Of a stretch of DNA of 64,000 nucleotides, positions 22,535-36,479 are shown in pieces. This DNA comes from Chiloscyllium plagiosum (lineage: Eukaryota), in NCBI RefSeq assembly GCF_004010195.1, contig NC_057713.1, forward strand, positions 81,073,164 to 81,137,163. Direction: 5' to 3'. The position numbers and the translations under genes are program-made. How positions within the stretch are numbered: position 1 is the stretch's first letter; every line of letters begins with the position of its first letter. Under the pieces are notes generated by a model. That model was given only the letters and a program-made list of their open reading frames with translations, was not told where the DNA came from and ran no database searches.

Positions 22535-23116
22535 CCACTGGGAGTAATGACAGCCATGCTCAGACAACAACTCACCAGGACTAAAGACCCTCTACCCATC
22601 ATGTGTAAGTCAAATGTAATTTACAAGATTCTACGCAAAGCCTGCATGAGGCTAATATAGGGCAAACAGGCAGACAACTGGTAATCCGCATCTACAAACA
22701 CCAACTAGCCACTAAACACCACGACCAGCTGTCCTAGTAGCCACACACACAGATGTCAAGGACCACAAATTTGACTGGGACAACACAATGATCATAGGAC
22801 AAGCCAAACTGAGGACAGTCAGAGAATTTCTAGAAGCGTGGCATACAGCCACGGACTCCAACAACAAACATACTGATCTAGGCCCAGTATACCAACCACT
22901 ACAATGAACAACCAGAACTGGCAACCAGAAGCAGCAGGAACGGAACCAAATAAATTCCAGAAGACACAGTACCATAGCGCTTCACAGGAGGCTTCAAAGC
23001 ATGGAAGATGTCACCTAGACAGGGAATGAAACATCTGCAAATCAACTTCCCAGCTCAGCGACCATACCTCCAACTATGACAACCGGTACCCGAGCTACAA
23101 ATTTTTATGCAAACCA
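22535..23116 (+). mobile_element. Penelope-like element (family C) 3' portion with pLTR and tail
   Basis: LRQQLTRTKDPLP..KSNVIYKI...HQLATK...FDWDNT.IIGQAK...REFLEAWH. Degenerate hammerhead at ~22998-23038. Confidence 0.88.
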
Positions 23117-23119
23117 TGA

Positions 23120-23282
23120 CCGCCTAACCTGCACATCTCTGACTGTGGGGGACAACTGGAGTACCTGGAAGACACAGGGGGAATGCGCAAACTCCACACA
23201 GGCAGTTGCCCAAGACTCGGATTGAACCCAGTTTCCTGGCACTGTGAGGCAATGGTGCTAACCACTGAGCTATTGTGTTGGC
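23120..23282 (-). mobile_element. HE1-type V-SINE 5' half
   Basis: Minus-strand tRNA-like head caatagctcagtggttagcaccattgcctcacagtgccagg...ggttcaatcc, then the V-domain. Confidence 0.8.
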
Positions 23283-23589
23283 CCAAGCTGACATGGTCAC
23301 TACTTGCTGGCTAGCAGTCTTTAGAAAAGGGAATAGGTGCACAATACTCGACCCTGAGACAACTGAGATCTCAATGAGTGTCAAATGGCTGCGAGGCAAT
23401 TCTGCCAAAGTGGGGGGCAGGCTCAATGTCAATATTTACCCTGTGCTGGAGCTGGGGGTAGAAGGGAATTTTAACACTGTATAAAATCCCACTCTTTGAT
23501 TCAAATTATTGGATTCAGAGTCAGGGATTTCTATGGCTATAAAATGAGTGATTCAATAGTATTGCCAAGGAAACAAGCACAAATCAGAT

Positions 23590-23850
23590 GCTCATAGAGG
23601 TCATGTTTTTGGGATAAGGGACAGCAAATTTAAAACAGAGTTCAGGAGAAACCACTTCTCCCAAAGGGTGGAATTTCCTACACCAAAGTGCAGTGAGTAA
23701 ATTTAAGGATGAGTTAGACAGATTTTTAATTGGTAATGGGTTTTGGAGAGAAGGCAGGAAAATGGGGGGAGGAGCATATCAGCCATGATCGAATGGTGGA
23801 GCAGACTCGATGAGCCGAATGGCCTAATTCCGCTCCTATATCTTATGAAT
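23590..23850 (+). mobile_element. CR1 3' end fragment
   Basis: tttaaaacagagttcaggagaaaccacttctcccaaagggtg...gatcgaatggtggagcagactcgatgagccgaatggcctaattccgctcctata. Confidence 0.75.
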
Positions 23851-24357
23851 TCACAATCCTGCATTTAGATCAATGCACCTAATACATCAGCAATACAGCA
23901 AATGAGCCCCTGACAATTTTCTGTTAAATTCATCATTCACGAAACTCAGAGATTTGGAATAATTTCATATGTCGCAGTAAACATAATACTAAATAATTCA
24001 GAGACCGTATTTATTGAAAAATTCAGGGTACATCAATCCATCTTCAAGACTTTTACTATATTAGCAACCAATGCCCACCTCCTAAGCAGGAGCTTAAGTG
24101 ATTCTCTGCAGCACTAAACTGAGCAATGGTGTGGGACAGATAAATTTAGCTGCCTGGAGTCATCAACATAGGATCTGAATAATGTTGAGCCTTTGTCATG
24201 AATAGAGGAGAAATCCCAATGAAAAATGCATTCTCTTAAATATTTCCCTGTTTGAATTCTGTTTCCATTAAAATTAAACAAAATGGCTGGAAACACAAAA
24301 TGGCTGATCACATGATTGTGTTTCTATAAGCTTCTGATCTCCCTGCATTTTTATAAT

Positions 24358-24582
24358 ATGAAGGTGCTGGGGTTGGTCTGGGGTAGACAAAGCTAAAAAT
24401 TACACAACACCAGGAAGTAGCCCATCACGTTTATTTGGAAGCCCTAGCTTTCGGAGCATTGCTCCTTCATCAGGTAGCTGTGAAACAGGATCATAGGACA
24501 TTGTAATTCTGTGTCTCCAAAAGATAGTACTTCCAAATAAACCTATTGAATTGTAACCTGGTGTTGTATGATTTTCAACTTT
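24358..24582 (-). mobile_element. Fold-back mini-PLE (family B)
   Basis: Minus-strand pLTR with tail, short filler, then an inverted arm ending at gattttcaacttt. Confidence 0.8.
24442..24476 (-). ncRNA. Minimal hammerhead ribozyme motif (PLE family B)
   Basis: Minus strand CUGAUGA-A-GGAGC-AAU-GCUCC-GAAAGCUA (palindromic AGCU, CUA triplet). Confidence 0.8.
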
Positions 24583-26129
24583 GCATTTTTTAGACCTTTC
24601 AAATAAAGCTTAAAGGTTTGGACATGGGCTATAGGTATCCAACTACCATTGGATAAAGGTAAACATCAAGACCCATTATGTTAAAATGGATGCTAGTTCT
24701 TTTACAATTACATTCTTACCTCACAAAGGGAACTCCAAAGGTAAGATAAAACTGCACTATAAATAATCTTCCAAAGAGCCCAGAGATTGGCAATCAGCAG
24801 CAGCCTATCATCACATGACTGAAATCGGAACTTGTACACTTAGCAATTTAACAATTCTGGGATTCTAAGTCAGTTATTGTTCAACTTCGAGGGACAGCAG
24901 GACTCCAGCCTGAGCTGGCAGCCTACCTCAGACTGTTCATCTCTATCTTCAAGTTGTTGGCTGGTAGGAGACCTATACATTTCCAGCAAGAAGGAAAATT
25001 ATTGGGTTCAGGAAACTAGCATTAGACAGTGACTTTGAGGATGTTGTAACTCACCTTTAATACTTCTGGATTTACCAAACATTATAAGTTATAACCTGTC
25101 TCCTCTTCCGTCCTGTCTTGTCTTCCTTCATGTCCTGTGTGCTTATGTATGTGCTTCTAGTGTAGAGAGGCAATTCCCCTGTATTTTGTATTTATTGTTT
25201 TAATAACCATTATCTCTGATTTCATCTTAAAGATTAATCACAGTGGGTTTACGTTAAAGATTGGAATCAATAAACTAGGATTTGGGGAAGACCCTTCAAA
25301 CTTTAAAGGGAAAAAGTGAATCGAACAACACATCATTGTCTCAGGAAAAGAGGGGGGAAGCAATTATAATTTAAATTTACCCCATTCTCCTTTGTCCATG
25401 TCACTGTCCTGCTTTAAAACATGGTTAGAGAGCTTCCAATGCAAAGCCATCTTCTCAGTAAATGGACCAGAAGTGGAAAATCAGGTAAGTTAGCAAAATG
25501 TAAAAGCTTCAACATGTCAAAACAGAGAGGCCATTGCACCCAAATGGACAAGTAGCAGCTCATATGCAGAATCTCCAGAAAATAAACTGTTAAATTTGAT
25601 AACAATGAAGTGACAAAATTCAGGATTGTCTACCAAACAGAGTTCTCCAGAAATCCAATCAGCTCACCCTGTCTGGCTTATTTAACACATGGTTTTATAT
25701 ATGCTTTCAGGAATACTATCAGAGACTTAACAACCTCAACAACATTGAGGCTGCCATCAATTTCTATGGTGCACCAGTCACCACTAAGATGATCTAACCA
25801 TAAATTAAGGTAGGTGGCAACTTGACGATAAGTTGACACAGCCATCTATCACATCACTTGGAGTTCATTTCCATCCTGTCTTCAATGCAAACAATAGAGC
25901 AACATGAAATTCACCAGTCACTTTTAACCAGGTACATTTTTCCAATTGCAATGCTAACTAATTTGATCAGCTGGCAATCTTGTGATGTTCACATCAATGC
26001 AGAAACATCTTTGTATGCATTATACTGCATTCCAGCCAATTCCCTGTAGAAATGTCAACAATAATCATTTATAGAATCACTGCCTGGGTCTTGCAAAAGT
26101 AGTGTGTGCAGGTTTCATAACTTGTAAAC

Positions 26130-26620
26130 ATCGGAACATAGGGATTAGGAGGGGAGTCGGCAGTTCAGCCCTTAGAGCCCACTCTGCCATTTAACATGAT
26201 CATGGCTGATCTTATCCTCGTCTCAAGTCCACTGCCTGCTCCCCATAGATCTTTATATTGCTTTTCATCAGGAATACATCTAATTCTTTCTTGAATGGAG
26301 ACGGTAAGGACTGCAGATTCTTTCTTGAACCTGTTGATTGAATTTGCTTCCACTGAACTCTGGGGCAGTAAGTTCCACAGATTCACAATGCTCTGAGAGT
26401 AGTCACTCCTCATCTCAGTTTTGAACCACTTGTTCGAAACTGTCCCAGAAGGGGTACATCTGATCACATCTACCTTATCAATCCCCTTTAGCATTTTAAA
26501 CACCTCAATCAGATCAACTCCCCCCCACCCTCGATCTTCATTCTTCTGAACTCCACTGAGTAAAAGCCCAAGCTATTTAACCGTCCCTTGTACAACAGCC
26601 CTTTCATCCCTGGATGTGAA
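26130..26620 (-). mobile_element. CR1 3' end fragment
   Basis: ORF 26165-26503 (FKMLKGIDKVD...FKTEMRSDYSQSIVNLWNLLPQSSVEA). Confidence 0.8.
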
Positions 26621-27416
26621 ACTTTGAGGACAGTTAAGAGAGAAAGTGGTTCCGGACAAGTGATCTTCATTTGAACTACAGTTGGGCCAGCCGACCTAGC
26701 GAAGTGCTCAGAGGTGGACTGCTTGCCAAGTGCCAAGGTGGACTGTTCAAAAGTCCCATGCTATGGGACTTCATTCCCGTTACAATGAAAAATTAAAATG
26801 CCCTCTAATGTCCACTCCTCATATTACCTCACCTTACACACACACTTGTAGGTGACATCAATGCCACCTCATGCCTGTCTACCCACAAAAATTGTATAGA
26901 AATAATGAACCCTATAGAGACAATAGAATGTGAAGAAAATAGCCTTTAAAATTAATTATTGATAACTTTCCACTTTCTGAAAGAATTAATCTTTTTTACT
27001 GTAAGCTTGTTATTACAGACATCTTTGTCATTCAGATAATGTTTTCCTGTGACTCATCTGTTTTGAAAGACTAATGAATATCTTGGTTGTCAGCCAAGAA
27101 CCCAAAATGAAGTTTAACGCAGACAGTCATTGGATAGTTGGATCAGCAGAGCCCCAGGACTTGATTAGCAGCTCTAGCTCTCAGATCTCTGCTGTCAATT
27201 ATACAACTTTTTTTTCTACAATCAACATGTTTTGCACACCTGTAGAGTAAGAGGGTCTTAAACCTAGGCCTCCTATCTCAAAGGTAGGAACACTACCACT
27301 GTGTCACAAGAGTCCTTTTGTACAATAATTATCTACACAAGTTAAAGAGGCTCCAAATGCTGGTCATTTCTACTATTAATACCTCAAAGGATCTGGATGT
27401 TTAGCACTTTAAATGG

Positions 27417-27625
27417 AGGGTCAGTTAGTTCAGTTGGTTAGAAGACTTAGTAACACCAACAACACAGGTTTGATTTCTACACTGGTTGAGGTTACCATGA
27501 AGGACACTTCTTCGCAACCTTTCCCTTCACCTGAGGTGTGGTAACTCTCAGATTAGCCCAGCACCAGTCATCTCCTCCTAATGACACAGCAGCCCTATAG
27601 TCTGCTAGGACTATAGCAACTCTAC
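27417..27625 (+). mobile_element. tRNA-derived SINE
   Basis: A-box-like gttagttcagttggttaga, B-box-like ggtttgatttc, and 3' cagcagccctatagtctgctaggactatagcaac. Confidence 0.55.
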
Positions 27626-28534
27626 CCAGTCAAAACTTGCTTTGAATGACTATTTTTAAAGCCTTAGAGACCATTAACAGACTGCCAAAATTGGGAGGTT
27701 GAGTCTAACATTTTTAAAGTTCATTTTTTAAAAAGAGTTTTCCCATTTTCACTCACCTGACCCTGAGATATAAATTACGGTAATCACATAAATCACAGGA
27801 AAAAAATAATTTATTAGCTCAAAGACCTATCAATCAAGCTATGTCAATACTTTTTTGCACCTGTGTAAGCAAACTCATTCATATTATCCTTTTATAAGAG
27901 GTTGAGCTCTCAATCAAGATACCGTCCAAACAACATTTGTGCCCAGCCACTCATGATCACTGTTCCACCATTAGAAAAGCTACCTTCTCTTGAGGCTTTG
28001 TTCAGTGTTCACCATCCAACAGGGAGCCAAATCTCTCCATCAGACTGGCTTCTTGTGAGGAACTTATTTAAAAAAACATCCCCAACGTAGAATGAAAACC
28101 TCATGGTGAACCAGAAGCTCTCCACTCCCTGGGAAATCTATCCCAGATTAGGATAAAGTCAAAAATGGGGAGCATGTTAGAATGTACAATTCAATGGAAA
28201 GCAATGCACAGACAGCAAAACAAACAGGAGCAAAAGATGAGACTAAGTAGTAGGGAAGAAAAGGCAAAAAGTAAGTATTGAAACTTAATTCATAAGTATT
28301 TCAAATCTTTAACAATTAAAATTTGATGGAATGAAACTCAACATGTAAATTTTCAATGTCAAAGATCATTGGTCTTAAGTAAGATTTATTGCATCATTAA
28401 AGTTTCATGAATTCTTCAAGGGACATGCCAAAACATTTTGTGGCATGAGGGGAGATCATTATTTATCAGTACTTATTGGATAAGAATTGTAGAGCTATAT
28501 CCTTTAGGTATTTCAACTTGAGTTTCTTGGCAAG

Positions 28535-28820
28535 CTACATGGAATCCTTACAGTGTGGAAATAAGCCATTCAGCCCAACGAGTCCACACCTATCCTCTGC
28601 AGACCACTCCACCCAGACCCATCCCCCTCCCCTCCCCTATAACCCTGCATTTCCCATGGTCAACCCACCTAACCTGCACATCTTTTGACTATGGGAGGAA
28701 ACCAGAGCACTTGGAGGGTACCCACACAGATACGGGGAGAATGTGCAAACTCCACATAGACATTACCTGAGGGTAGAATCAATCCTGGGTCCCTGGCTCT
28801 GTGAGGCAACAGTGCTAGAA
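28535..28820 (-). mobile_element. HE1-type V-SINE
   Basis: ctaacctgcacatcttttgactatgggaggaaaccagagcac...gggagaatgtgcaaactccaca (reverse V-domain). Confidence 0.85.
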
Positions 28821-29439
28821 CTAGGCTGTTCAGAGAGCAATATCCCAATTTCCCTGCTTAATTGCACATGTGCAGACTCCAAGGTTGTCTAATTTGCTCA
28901 CTAATAGTGATAGCTATTGATAGGCTGACCAGTAATCCTGCCTGAAGAGCTGATCCAATAACCTTGCTGCTCGATCTATATGTCTCACTGCATTGACCTA
29001 ACTGTCAGGCAGGTAAAAACATACAGTAGTGATTGAATATTTGCAATAGGAAACACTCCTTCATTGTATCTGTTGAAGGAACATTTCAAGAGTTAAATTT
29101 TCAAATAGAACAGTCGTGTTCCTCCTTTTCATCGGCTGCCTCAACATTAAAATCTGCTTGCATGTTTTTTCAGCAGCTCTTTAATCGTGTAGAAGAGATG
29201 AGAACACTGCACTATTGTAAAAGTAAGATCCAATACGATTTTGTTCCTTGACAGAGGGCATCCCAAGTTCCAATTAAGAAAGAGTAGACAGCTTCTTCAG
29301 ACTACCTTGTGAGAGCTGTTTCAAGTGCTCCAGAACTGCTCTAGAAATCTTTCCAGAAATAATTCCAATAGCTAGGATAGGTTGGGATTCCTGCAGCAAG
29401 TAACCTACGTCCTGATGCCCCAGTGCTAGTCCTCAGTCG

Positions 29440-29900
29440 AAAGGAATATGTCAGGAGTGTGATGGAACTACACCCAAGAAGCTTAACACCATCTATGGAG
29501 AAAGGACACAGCAGCCCACTTGATTGGCACCACATCCATCACCTCCCTCACGTGCTCAGTAGCAGCAGTGTGGACCATCTATAAGATGCAATGTAGAGGT
29601 TCACCAAGGCACCTTCGACAGCATCTTTCAAATTCATGACCATTTCCATCTAGAAGGACAAGAACAGCAGACACACAGGAATACCATCAACTGCAAGTTC
29701 TCAACCAAGCTAATCACTATGCTGACTTGGAAATACATCGCCGTTCTCTCATTGTCACTGATTCAAATTCTGCATTGCGTACTTGCACAAAATGGACTAT
29801 AGTGTTTCAAGATGGCAACACAATGCCACCTTCTCAAGGGAGAGTTGGGATGGGCGATAAATGCTGGTCCAGCAGCATAGTGCACATCTTGTGATTATAT
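29440..29900 (+). mobile_element. Second-family CR1/L2 LINE 3' fragment
   Basis: gtcaggagtgtgatggaa...cagcccacttgattggcacc...gggatgggcgataaatgctgg. Similar fragments at ~30370-30930(-), 34985-35560(-), 36985-37400(+) and 46600-46715(+). Confidence 0.7.
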
Positions 29901-31509
29901 TTTATTGAAAGGTAAGTGCAGCAGAATCCGTGGATGAAGAATAATGTATGCAGGCTTCATCATAAAATAATCTAACAACAGTTGATCAGTTAATTCCTAA
30001 ACTGCTATTTAGCCCTAGAGGGATCAATTGTTGTTTTGACTCTGAGCTTACCATCAAGAGGATAGAAATAAGAGGTATCAAAGTGTCAAATCCATTTCAC
30101 TGTCTTCAGAGCAACAAGGTTGCACTCCAATATTTTGGTGTTCCATTTTCTACCATGCAAGTCATGGATGTTTTTCCTAAAGTCCAAATGACCCTGGATT
30201 CAGGGCAGGGTCCTGTTTGAGTCAAAGAAGTGACATTCTAAAAGCTCTCCTGCTGTAGTGATACATCAGTGTGTTCAGAATTCCTATTGTGCCAGACCTG
30301 ACTTGACAGGACATCTGTTCAGTTTTTCATTCGGCACTTTTTTTTATTAATTCACAAGATGAATCACCTCCTGGTACTCTAACCTTTCCTAGGATGTGGG
30401 TATGTCTGGCTGGACTAGCATTTATTACCCACCTCTGGAGAAGGCAGGTGGTCAGAGCCAGCTTATTGAACCACTGTAAACCTTGCGGTGTAGGAACACC
30501 CAGTGTGCAGTTTAAATGGGAGTTCCAGGATTTTAACCCAGTGACAGGGAAGGTACAGCAATATAGTTCCAAGTCAGGATGGTGTATGACTTGGAAGGAA
30601 ACTTGCAGGTGGTCGTGATCCTATGTGTCTGGTGCTCTTGTCTTTTGAGATCATATCGGTCGTGTTTGGAAAGTCCCATCAGAGGAACCTTGGCAAGTTA
30701 CTGTCGTGCATTTTGTAGATGGTACACATTGTTGTCACTGTGTGAAGGTGGAGGATGAGGTGCCAATCAAATAGGCTCTTTTGTCTTTGATGGTGTCAAG
30801 CTTCAGAGTGCTATTGGAGCTGTACTCATCCAGACAAGTGCATTCCATCACACTCCTAACTTGTATATTGTAGATGGTGGCCAGGCTTTAGAGAGACAGG
30901 AAGTGAGCTACTCACTGCAGAACTTCTAGCTCTTACATGATCCATTTCACAGTTTGGTGTGCATTTACAGAATGGGACCTGAGTAAGGGATATCTTTGGG
31001 TGCGAAGTGGAAGAAATTCCTGATCATGTGAATGAAAGAAACGTGGAGTCTCTATCAGTGCAGTCCGTAGTTCCAAATGCAACATGCAGGTAAAAACATT
31101 GTTGCCACAGTAATTCTGAATTGTCACAACATTACCACCACCCGATTAAAAACCTTTGTTCTTTGTTCACTTTTTAAATTAAAATTCATAAATACGTTGC
31201 TTTTCAATAAGATGAATCAGATCATCATTAAACATGGAGGAATATTTCATTAGTATTTTGTTGTCAAATTCTGTCACTTTTCAGAAACGCTAATTTCTAC
31301 ATTATATTTATTCCCGTGAAGGAATTTTATCAGCACATTATCTGAAGGATTAGGGAGCAGCTCATTTCATTTACAATCTTCAGCTTCCATGGATAGTGGG
31401 GTTATAGTTGTTTATTGCCAACAACAAGGTGGCCCAGCATCAGAAATAATCCACTTTCTTTTAGATAATCTCGAGTTAGAGATTCCCGGACAGATGCCTT
31501 CTCGTACAA

Positions 31510-31658
31510 GTCAAGAGTGTAGTGCTGAAAAAGCACAGCAGGTCAGGCAAAGTCCGAGGAGCAGGAGAATCGACGTTTCGGGCATAAGCCCTTCATTGTG
31601 CTTTTCCAGCACTACCCTCTCGACTCTGAGCTCCAGCATCTGCAGTCCTCACTTTCCC
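31510..31658 (+). mobile_element. Fold-back mini-PLE (family A)
   Basis: Inverted arm running to the hammerhead core (gacgtttcgggcataagcccttca), then a sense arm with tail (...cagtcctcactttcc). No clean TSD seen. Confidence 0.82.
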
Positions 31659-32226
31659 TTCTGGAATGAACCTGCTCAAAAACCCACTAATCTTGCAACA
31701 AAGAAGATCTTTGTAGCAGTCGGTGTGTCACATTCTGTGATTTGAATCTCCAGCAGCATAGCCAGCCACTTTGGCAGCTCGTGTGAAAGGATCTGTACAT
31801 AAGGTAAGTAAGGGGGTTAGGGTGCTAGGTGAGAGAGGGGTGGGTAGGGTGCCAGGTGGGTATGGGGCCAGATAAGTGAATGAGTGCTTAGGGTAAGACT
31901 GGGTCTGATTTGGACAAGGAGGGGTGGTTTCGGATTGGGATCATATCATGGAGGATTGCTCAGGTTGATTGGGGTGGGAGGCAAGCAATCACTGATTGGT
32001 TCAGGGTGGTGATTAGTTTAAAGGGGATTGTCACGTTTGACAGGGTCAATTCAAGGGAGTGAAGTAGGAATTAGATTGTGGTTTGGGGGTCTGGTGGACA
32101 GGATAATTGTCGTCAAGTCTGAAACTGGGGTTATCAGTGATGAATTTGGGGTCAGTTTAATAGTTTAGATAGGTGTCAGAGTAGGTTTCTGGTCCTGTAA
32201 CTTTCCCTAGGTAACCATTAAGTTTA

Positions 32227-32322
32227 GATTAGAGTGGTGCTGGAAAAGCACAGCAGGTCAGGCAGCATCTGAGGATCTAATCTTGATTCTAAACTCCAGC
32301 ATCTGCAGTCCTCACTTTCGCC
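32227..32322 (+). mobile_element. Very short fold-back mini-PLE (family A variant), 15-bp TSD
   Basis: TSD taac(c/t)attaagttta at 32212-32226 and 32323-32337. Confidence 0.85.
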
Positions 32323-32492
32323 TAACTATTAAGTTTAACTGAATTGGGATCTCCAAACGTTTCTGACTTTAAGGGGCTTTCTTAGAGATTTCCAGATGCG
32401 GGGGAGTTACCAATCGGAAGTTTCAATTTCCCAGGCAATTTCCTTGAAGTCAGCTGCGTCGGGGTGTCAGTACAGTCCTGATGTATCTCTGG

Positions 32493-32666
32493 CTGAAAAT
32501 GTGTTGCTGGAAAAGCGCAGCAGGTCAGGCAGCATCCAAGGAGCAGGAGACTCGACATTTCAGGCATGAGCCCTTCAGGAATCCTTGGATGCTGCCTGAC
32601 CTGCTGCGCTTTTCCAGCAACATATTTTCAGCTCTGATCTCCAGCATCTGCAGTCCTCATTTTCTC
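32493..32666 (+). mobile_element. Fold-back mini-PLE (family A), 16-bp TSD
   Basis: TSD cctgatgtatctctgg at 32477-32492 and 32667-32682; inverted arms. Confidence 0.92.
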
Positions 32667-35286
32667 CCTGATGTATCTCTGGGCCAATGTCTTGTGCATC
32701 TGTGTCTGAGTGTGACTGCATGCTTGTGTGCATGATTTGTGTATGTTTGGTTTCCTTTCCCACACAATTGAGCTGCAAGGTTAAGTCAACAATGAATAAA
32801 TCTAGGAAGGATGGGAGTTTCTGCTTTTGCCCAAAATGGGAGAATACGATCTTCTCATCTTTCTATCCCTAATCACTGTGAAGATTTTGGTCAAAATCTA
32901 CAGCAACCTTGGTTCCCACAAGCTACAAAGCTAATCCCAAACTGAGAATTCTACCTCTGAACTACTTGGAAGCAAATCACATTCAGAAAGATGGGAGATA
33001 TAAGTTTGAGAAACCAAGTGTCCTAATCCTTTACAAATCTTATCTGGATGGAACTTATCTTTTCATGTATTCACTGAAATAAATTACCCTTAAATCAGCC
33101 ACACAGATACTGATCCTTAATAACTTTTCTCAGATCAACTTTTCACTTCTGCTAAATTGCATGTGAGATTTATTTTCTGACACAGATCCTTATGTTTTAA
33201 ATTTAGTAAGAAATATGAAAAATAATTTTTAAAAGTAACAACATGAATCATTCGTCCATGCCTCCACCCAGGAAAAATAAATTAGTAAAATCGCAGAGCT
33301 GAAAACTGTTTATTCAATACAAATATTAAACAATGAAAGTACCTCAATTTGGCAGAGGTAAGCATCGAATTATGCATATGTGATCTCACTGGAAAATACT
33401 GAAATGCTTTTGAAACAGAAAGTAAATCACATTTTAAAGCTTACTTCAGGAAGACTAATTCAACAATAACCATGATATTATGAAATAAAAACTATGCAAT
33501 ATATTAAGTAATTGTGTGAAGTGTCAACGATTTTACCAATTCCATTCCTGTTCTGGTGACCTTGATTAGAGGTAATTGAATTTCCTGATTGTTTGCATGG
33601 AAATTGTGCTGGATAACAAGAATCAATGCAAACACATGGAAATGGCCAGCGTAAACTGTACCCGAGGGAATATCTGAGCAAGAACCAAATTTCTAACTAC
33701 TGCCAACATTCCTAGTTAGTATAAAAGAAAGATCAATTTATAAAACAGTGACTCATCTTGAAATGAAATAGTTTCATTGAACTTTCATCCCATTCAGCTG
33801 TTGATAACAGCAAGGGAAGATTTGGTGTGTCTTTCTACCTTCAGAAGGAATAGACACACCAGCACTTTCAAATACTTTTGAACATTTCCATTGGCTATAT
33901 ACATGTATGTTGTTGTTAAAGAGATGTTGTAGAAAAAACAAATTTACAAGATACTAGAAACTCTAAAAATGTGGAGTCATTCTGATAGACTCATGTAGTT
34001 AGGATTTGGCTTGGCTGGTTTCTGGACTGAAAATAGGATAGTTAAGCTTGAAGGGCGAGCTTCTGCTTGTCCCTACAAGGTGACCAGTATTATAAGGTGG
34101 GATCAGGGTGAAAGTCTATATATAAGGAATTCAATATCTTCAGCTGTAAGTGAACATCCCATACACACTCAGCATAAATATGTTTGGAGTCACCAAGTGT
34201 CCCACCTTTCCTGGTTGATGGCATTAATGAGATTTCGGTAGGGACCCACGCAGAGGCCCCAAGCAGCTCCTGGTCTGTCAAGGGTAAGTGGCCCAAAGCT
34301 TTGTATGAAAAGGTTGCAACAGGCTCCTTTGCAAAAGCATTGTTCAGGGCCCCCTGTTTGCCATTGGCATTTCCAGTGAGGTTTAAAGGGATGTGCTGCA
34401 ATGTGCTCCAAAGCCACTGAAATTTACTGATGTAAACTGGACAGCCTGACTTAACAGACTTCCTAGGCCTTTTATATTTGCAAATGTCTGATCTTTAAGA
34501 TGGGTGCTTGTGATGGGGATTTTTCGTTTGAATACTAGAACTAAGGATGAATAATTTCCAGTTTTTCACCACAAATTGATCCCATTCACTAAGGACAGAT
34601 TGATAGACTGTGGTCCATGTCAGGAAACAGTGTGACATAAGGAGTTAATAATTGTAACTCCATTAGCTAGACCTCATGTCAGGTAACATGGTACTGAGAT
34701 CTGAAGGAAGGAGGATTGAATGGAACCCTGCTGAAACCATGTATGATTTCTGTAAGCTTTGTAAATAGTTCATAAATGTTCATCAGCTGCTACTGATATA
34801 GTTTCCAATCCTAATCTGTCAAATGCACCCAGAACCCAGTCATGGTATTTAGACATAGTGGCAGTGATTTGTGATCCTAACTAATGCTGTTAAAGGGAGA
34901 AAGTAGAAGACTGGTAGCCCATGGTAGCACACTTCAGAAAACTCCATTGCAATAACAAGAGTATTGAATGGTTACAGGATTGGCTGGACAGGCATTTATT
35001 TCCCAACTCTGGTTACCTCGAGAAGGTGGTGGTGAGCTGCCTTCTTAAACCACTGCATCTCAAATGCTGTTGATGTACCAACAATGCACTCAGAGAGGGA
35101 ATTCCAGGATTTTGATCCAACACCACTTGAAGGAGTGGCAATGTATTTTTAATCAGGGTGGTGAACTAGCTTGAAGAGGATCTTACAGATGGAGCTATGC
35201 CCATGTAGCAATTGCCCTTGTCCTCTTAGATCATAATAATCATAGGTTCAGAAGATGCTGTCTAAAAATCCATAGTTAATTTCAGC

Positions 35287-35470
35287 TTAGTCCAGCAGGT
35301 TTATTTGGTAGCACTAGCTTTCGGAGCACTGCTCCCTCATCAAGTCCTCCTGATGAAGGAGCAGCGCTCTGAAATTTAGTGCTTCCAAATAAACTTGTTG
35401 AACTATAACCTGGTGTTGTGTGATTTTTAACTTTGTACACCCCAGTCCAACGCCAGCATCTCCAAACCAA
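35287..35470 (+). mobile_element. Fold-back mini-PLE (family B) with two divergent hammerhead copies
   Basis: tagctttcggagcactgctccctcatcaag / cctgatgaaggagcagcgctctgaaatttagtg, followed by the tail. Confidence 0.82.
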
Positions 35471-35620
35471 AATTAGTGAATTTCTCAGTTCCTCCAATAG
35501 ATAATACACACTGCCACTGAATTTCGGTAGAGGGAGTGCATGATTGTAAATGTGTGGCCTTGTGATGTATTTAAGGAAGTAGAGGTACTGTGAAAAGAAA
35601 CTCAGAACTTAGTTGACTAA

Positions 35621-35746
35621 ACCATCTGATGAAGGAGCAGCGCTCCGAAAGCTAGTGCTTCCAATTAAGCCTGTTGGACTATAACCTCGTGTTGTGTGAT
35701 TTTTAACTTTGTACACCCCAGTCCAACACCGGCATCTCCAACTCAG
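35621..35746 (+). mobile_element. Solo pLTR plus tail (family B), 10-bp TSD
   Basis: TSD agttg(a/g)ctaa at 35611-35620 and 35747-35756. Confidence 0.85.
35623..35657 (+). ncRNA. Minimal hammerhead ribozyme motif (PLE family B), intact
   Basis: CAU-CUGAUGA (35626-32)-A-GGAGC-AGC-GCUCC-GAAAGCUA-GUG; stem I CAU/GUG. Confidence 0.85.
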
Positions 35747-36479
35747 AGTTGGCTAATGCTTGAGGAAGAAGGCTACATAAAACAATAACATTGAAGCTAT
35801 ACAAGAGTCTTTGAGTTTCATGTGGAAAATGCTGCAGGACAAACCAGAATGGCAGGGATTGAAGAAAGAGGTAACTTGATTAGTGGATAATATCTCATGT
35901 GAAAATTAAACAATAAGCCTGTGTCCTGTAGAATTACAAAATGTTACTTCTCCTGTGTGAGCATCACCATACTCACTGCAACTAGAAGTAGAAGAGACTC
36001 AGCAGAGGACAGTTATTGCTCCAAAATACTTACCCGCACTGTGTGGCATGGTACCTCTTCATCAGTGAGCTGGATAAACCAAAGATGTTCTGTATCAATT
36101 AAGTTGCATGATCTTTTTTCACTGCATTCACTGAGGAATTGTGTTTAGCAGCAAGAACTTGAAGCAAAAAGATTTCTGGAGAAACTTCGTGTTCTGTATC
36201 ACAACAAAATTGTCTCGAGCACATATAAAGAAAACTTGGTGACTGAAGATGACAGTAGCACTGCAACAACAAGTAACAAAGAAGGATTCACAAGTTGAAA
36301 ATGGTGAAAAAAGTTAATACTGCAGTAGAAGAGTAATGCTATACTCCATCTAAAGTGATTAAAAGTAGATGTCCTTTTGATCACCAGAGGAGCTACTGTA
36401 GAGGAAATGCCTGATGCTATTGTGAAACATTTAATCATGTTTGTTGTTCAGACTGCTACAGAGGAACTTCTTACAGATC

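Noticed and set aside
35760-36470. Coding-like purine-rich stretch, possibly a DNA-transposase remnant
   Set aside because: Multiple stops and no motif I can assign with confidence; it needs a TBLASTX/HMM search.
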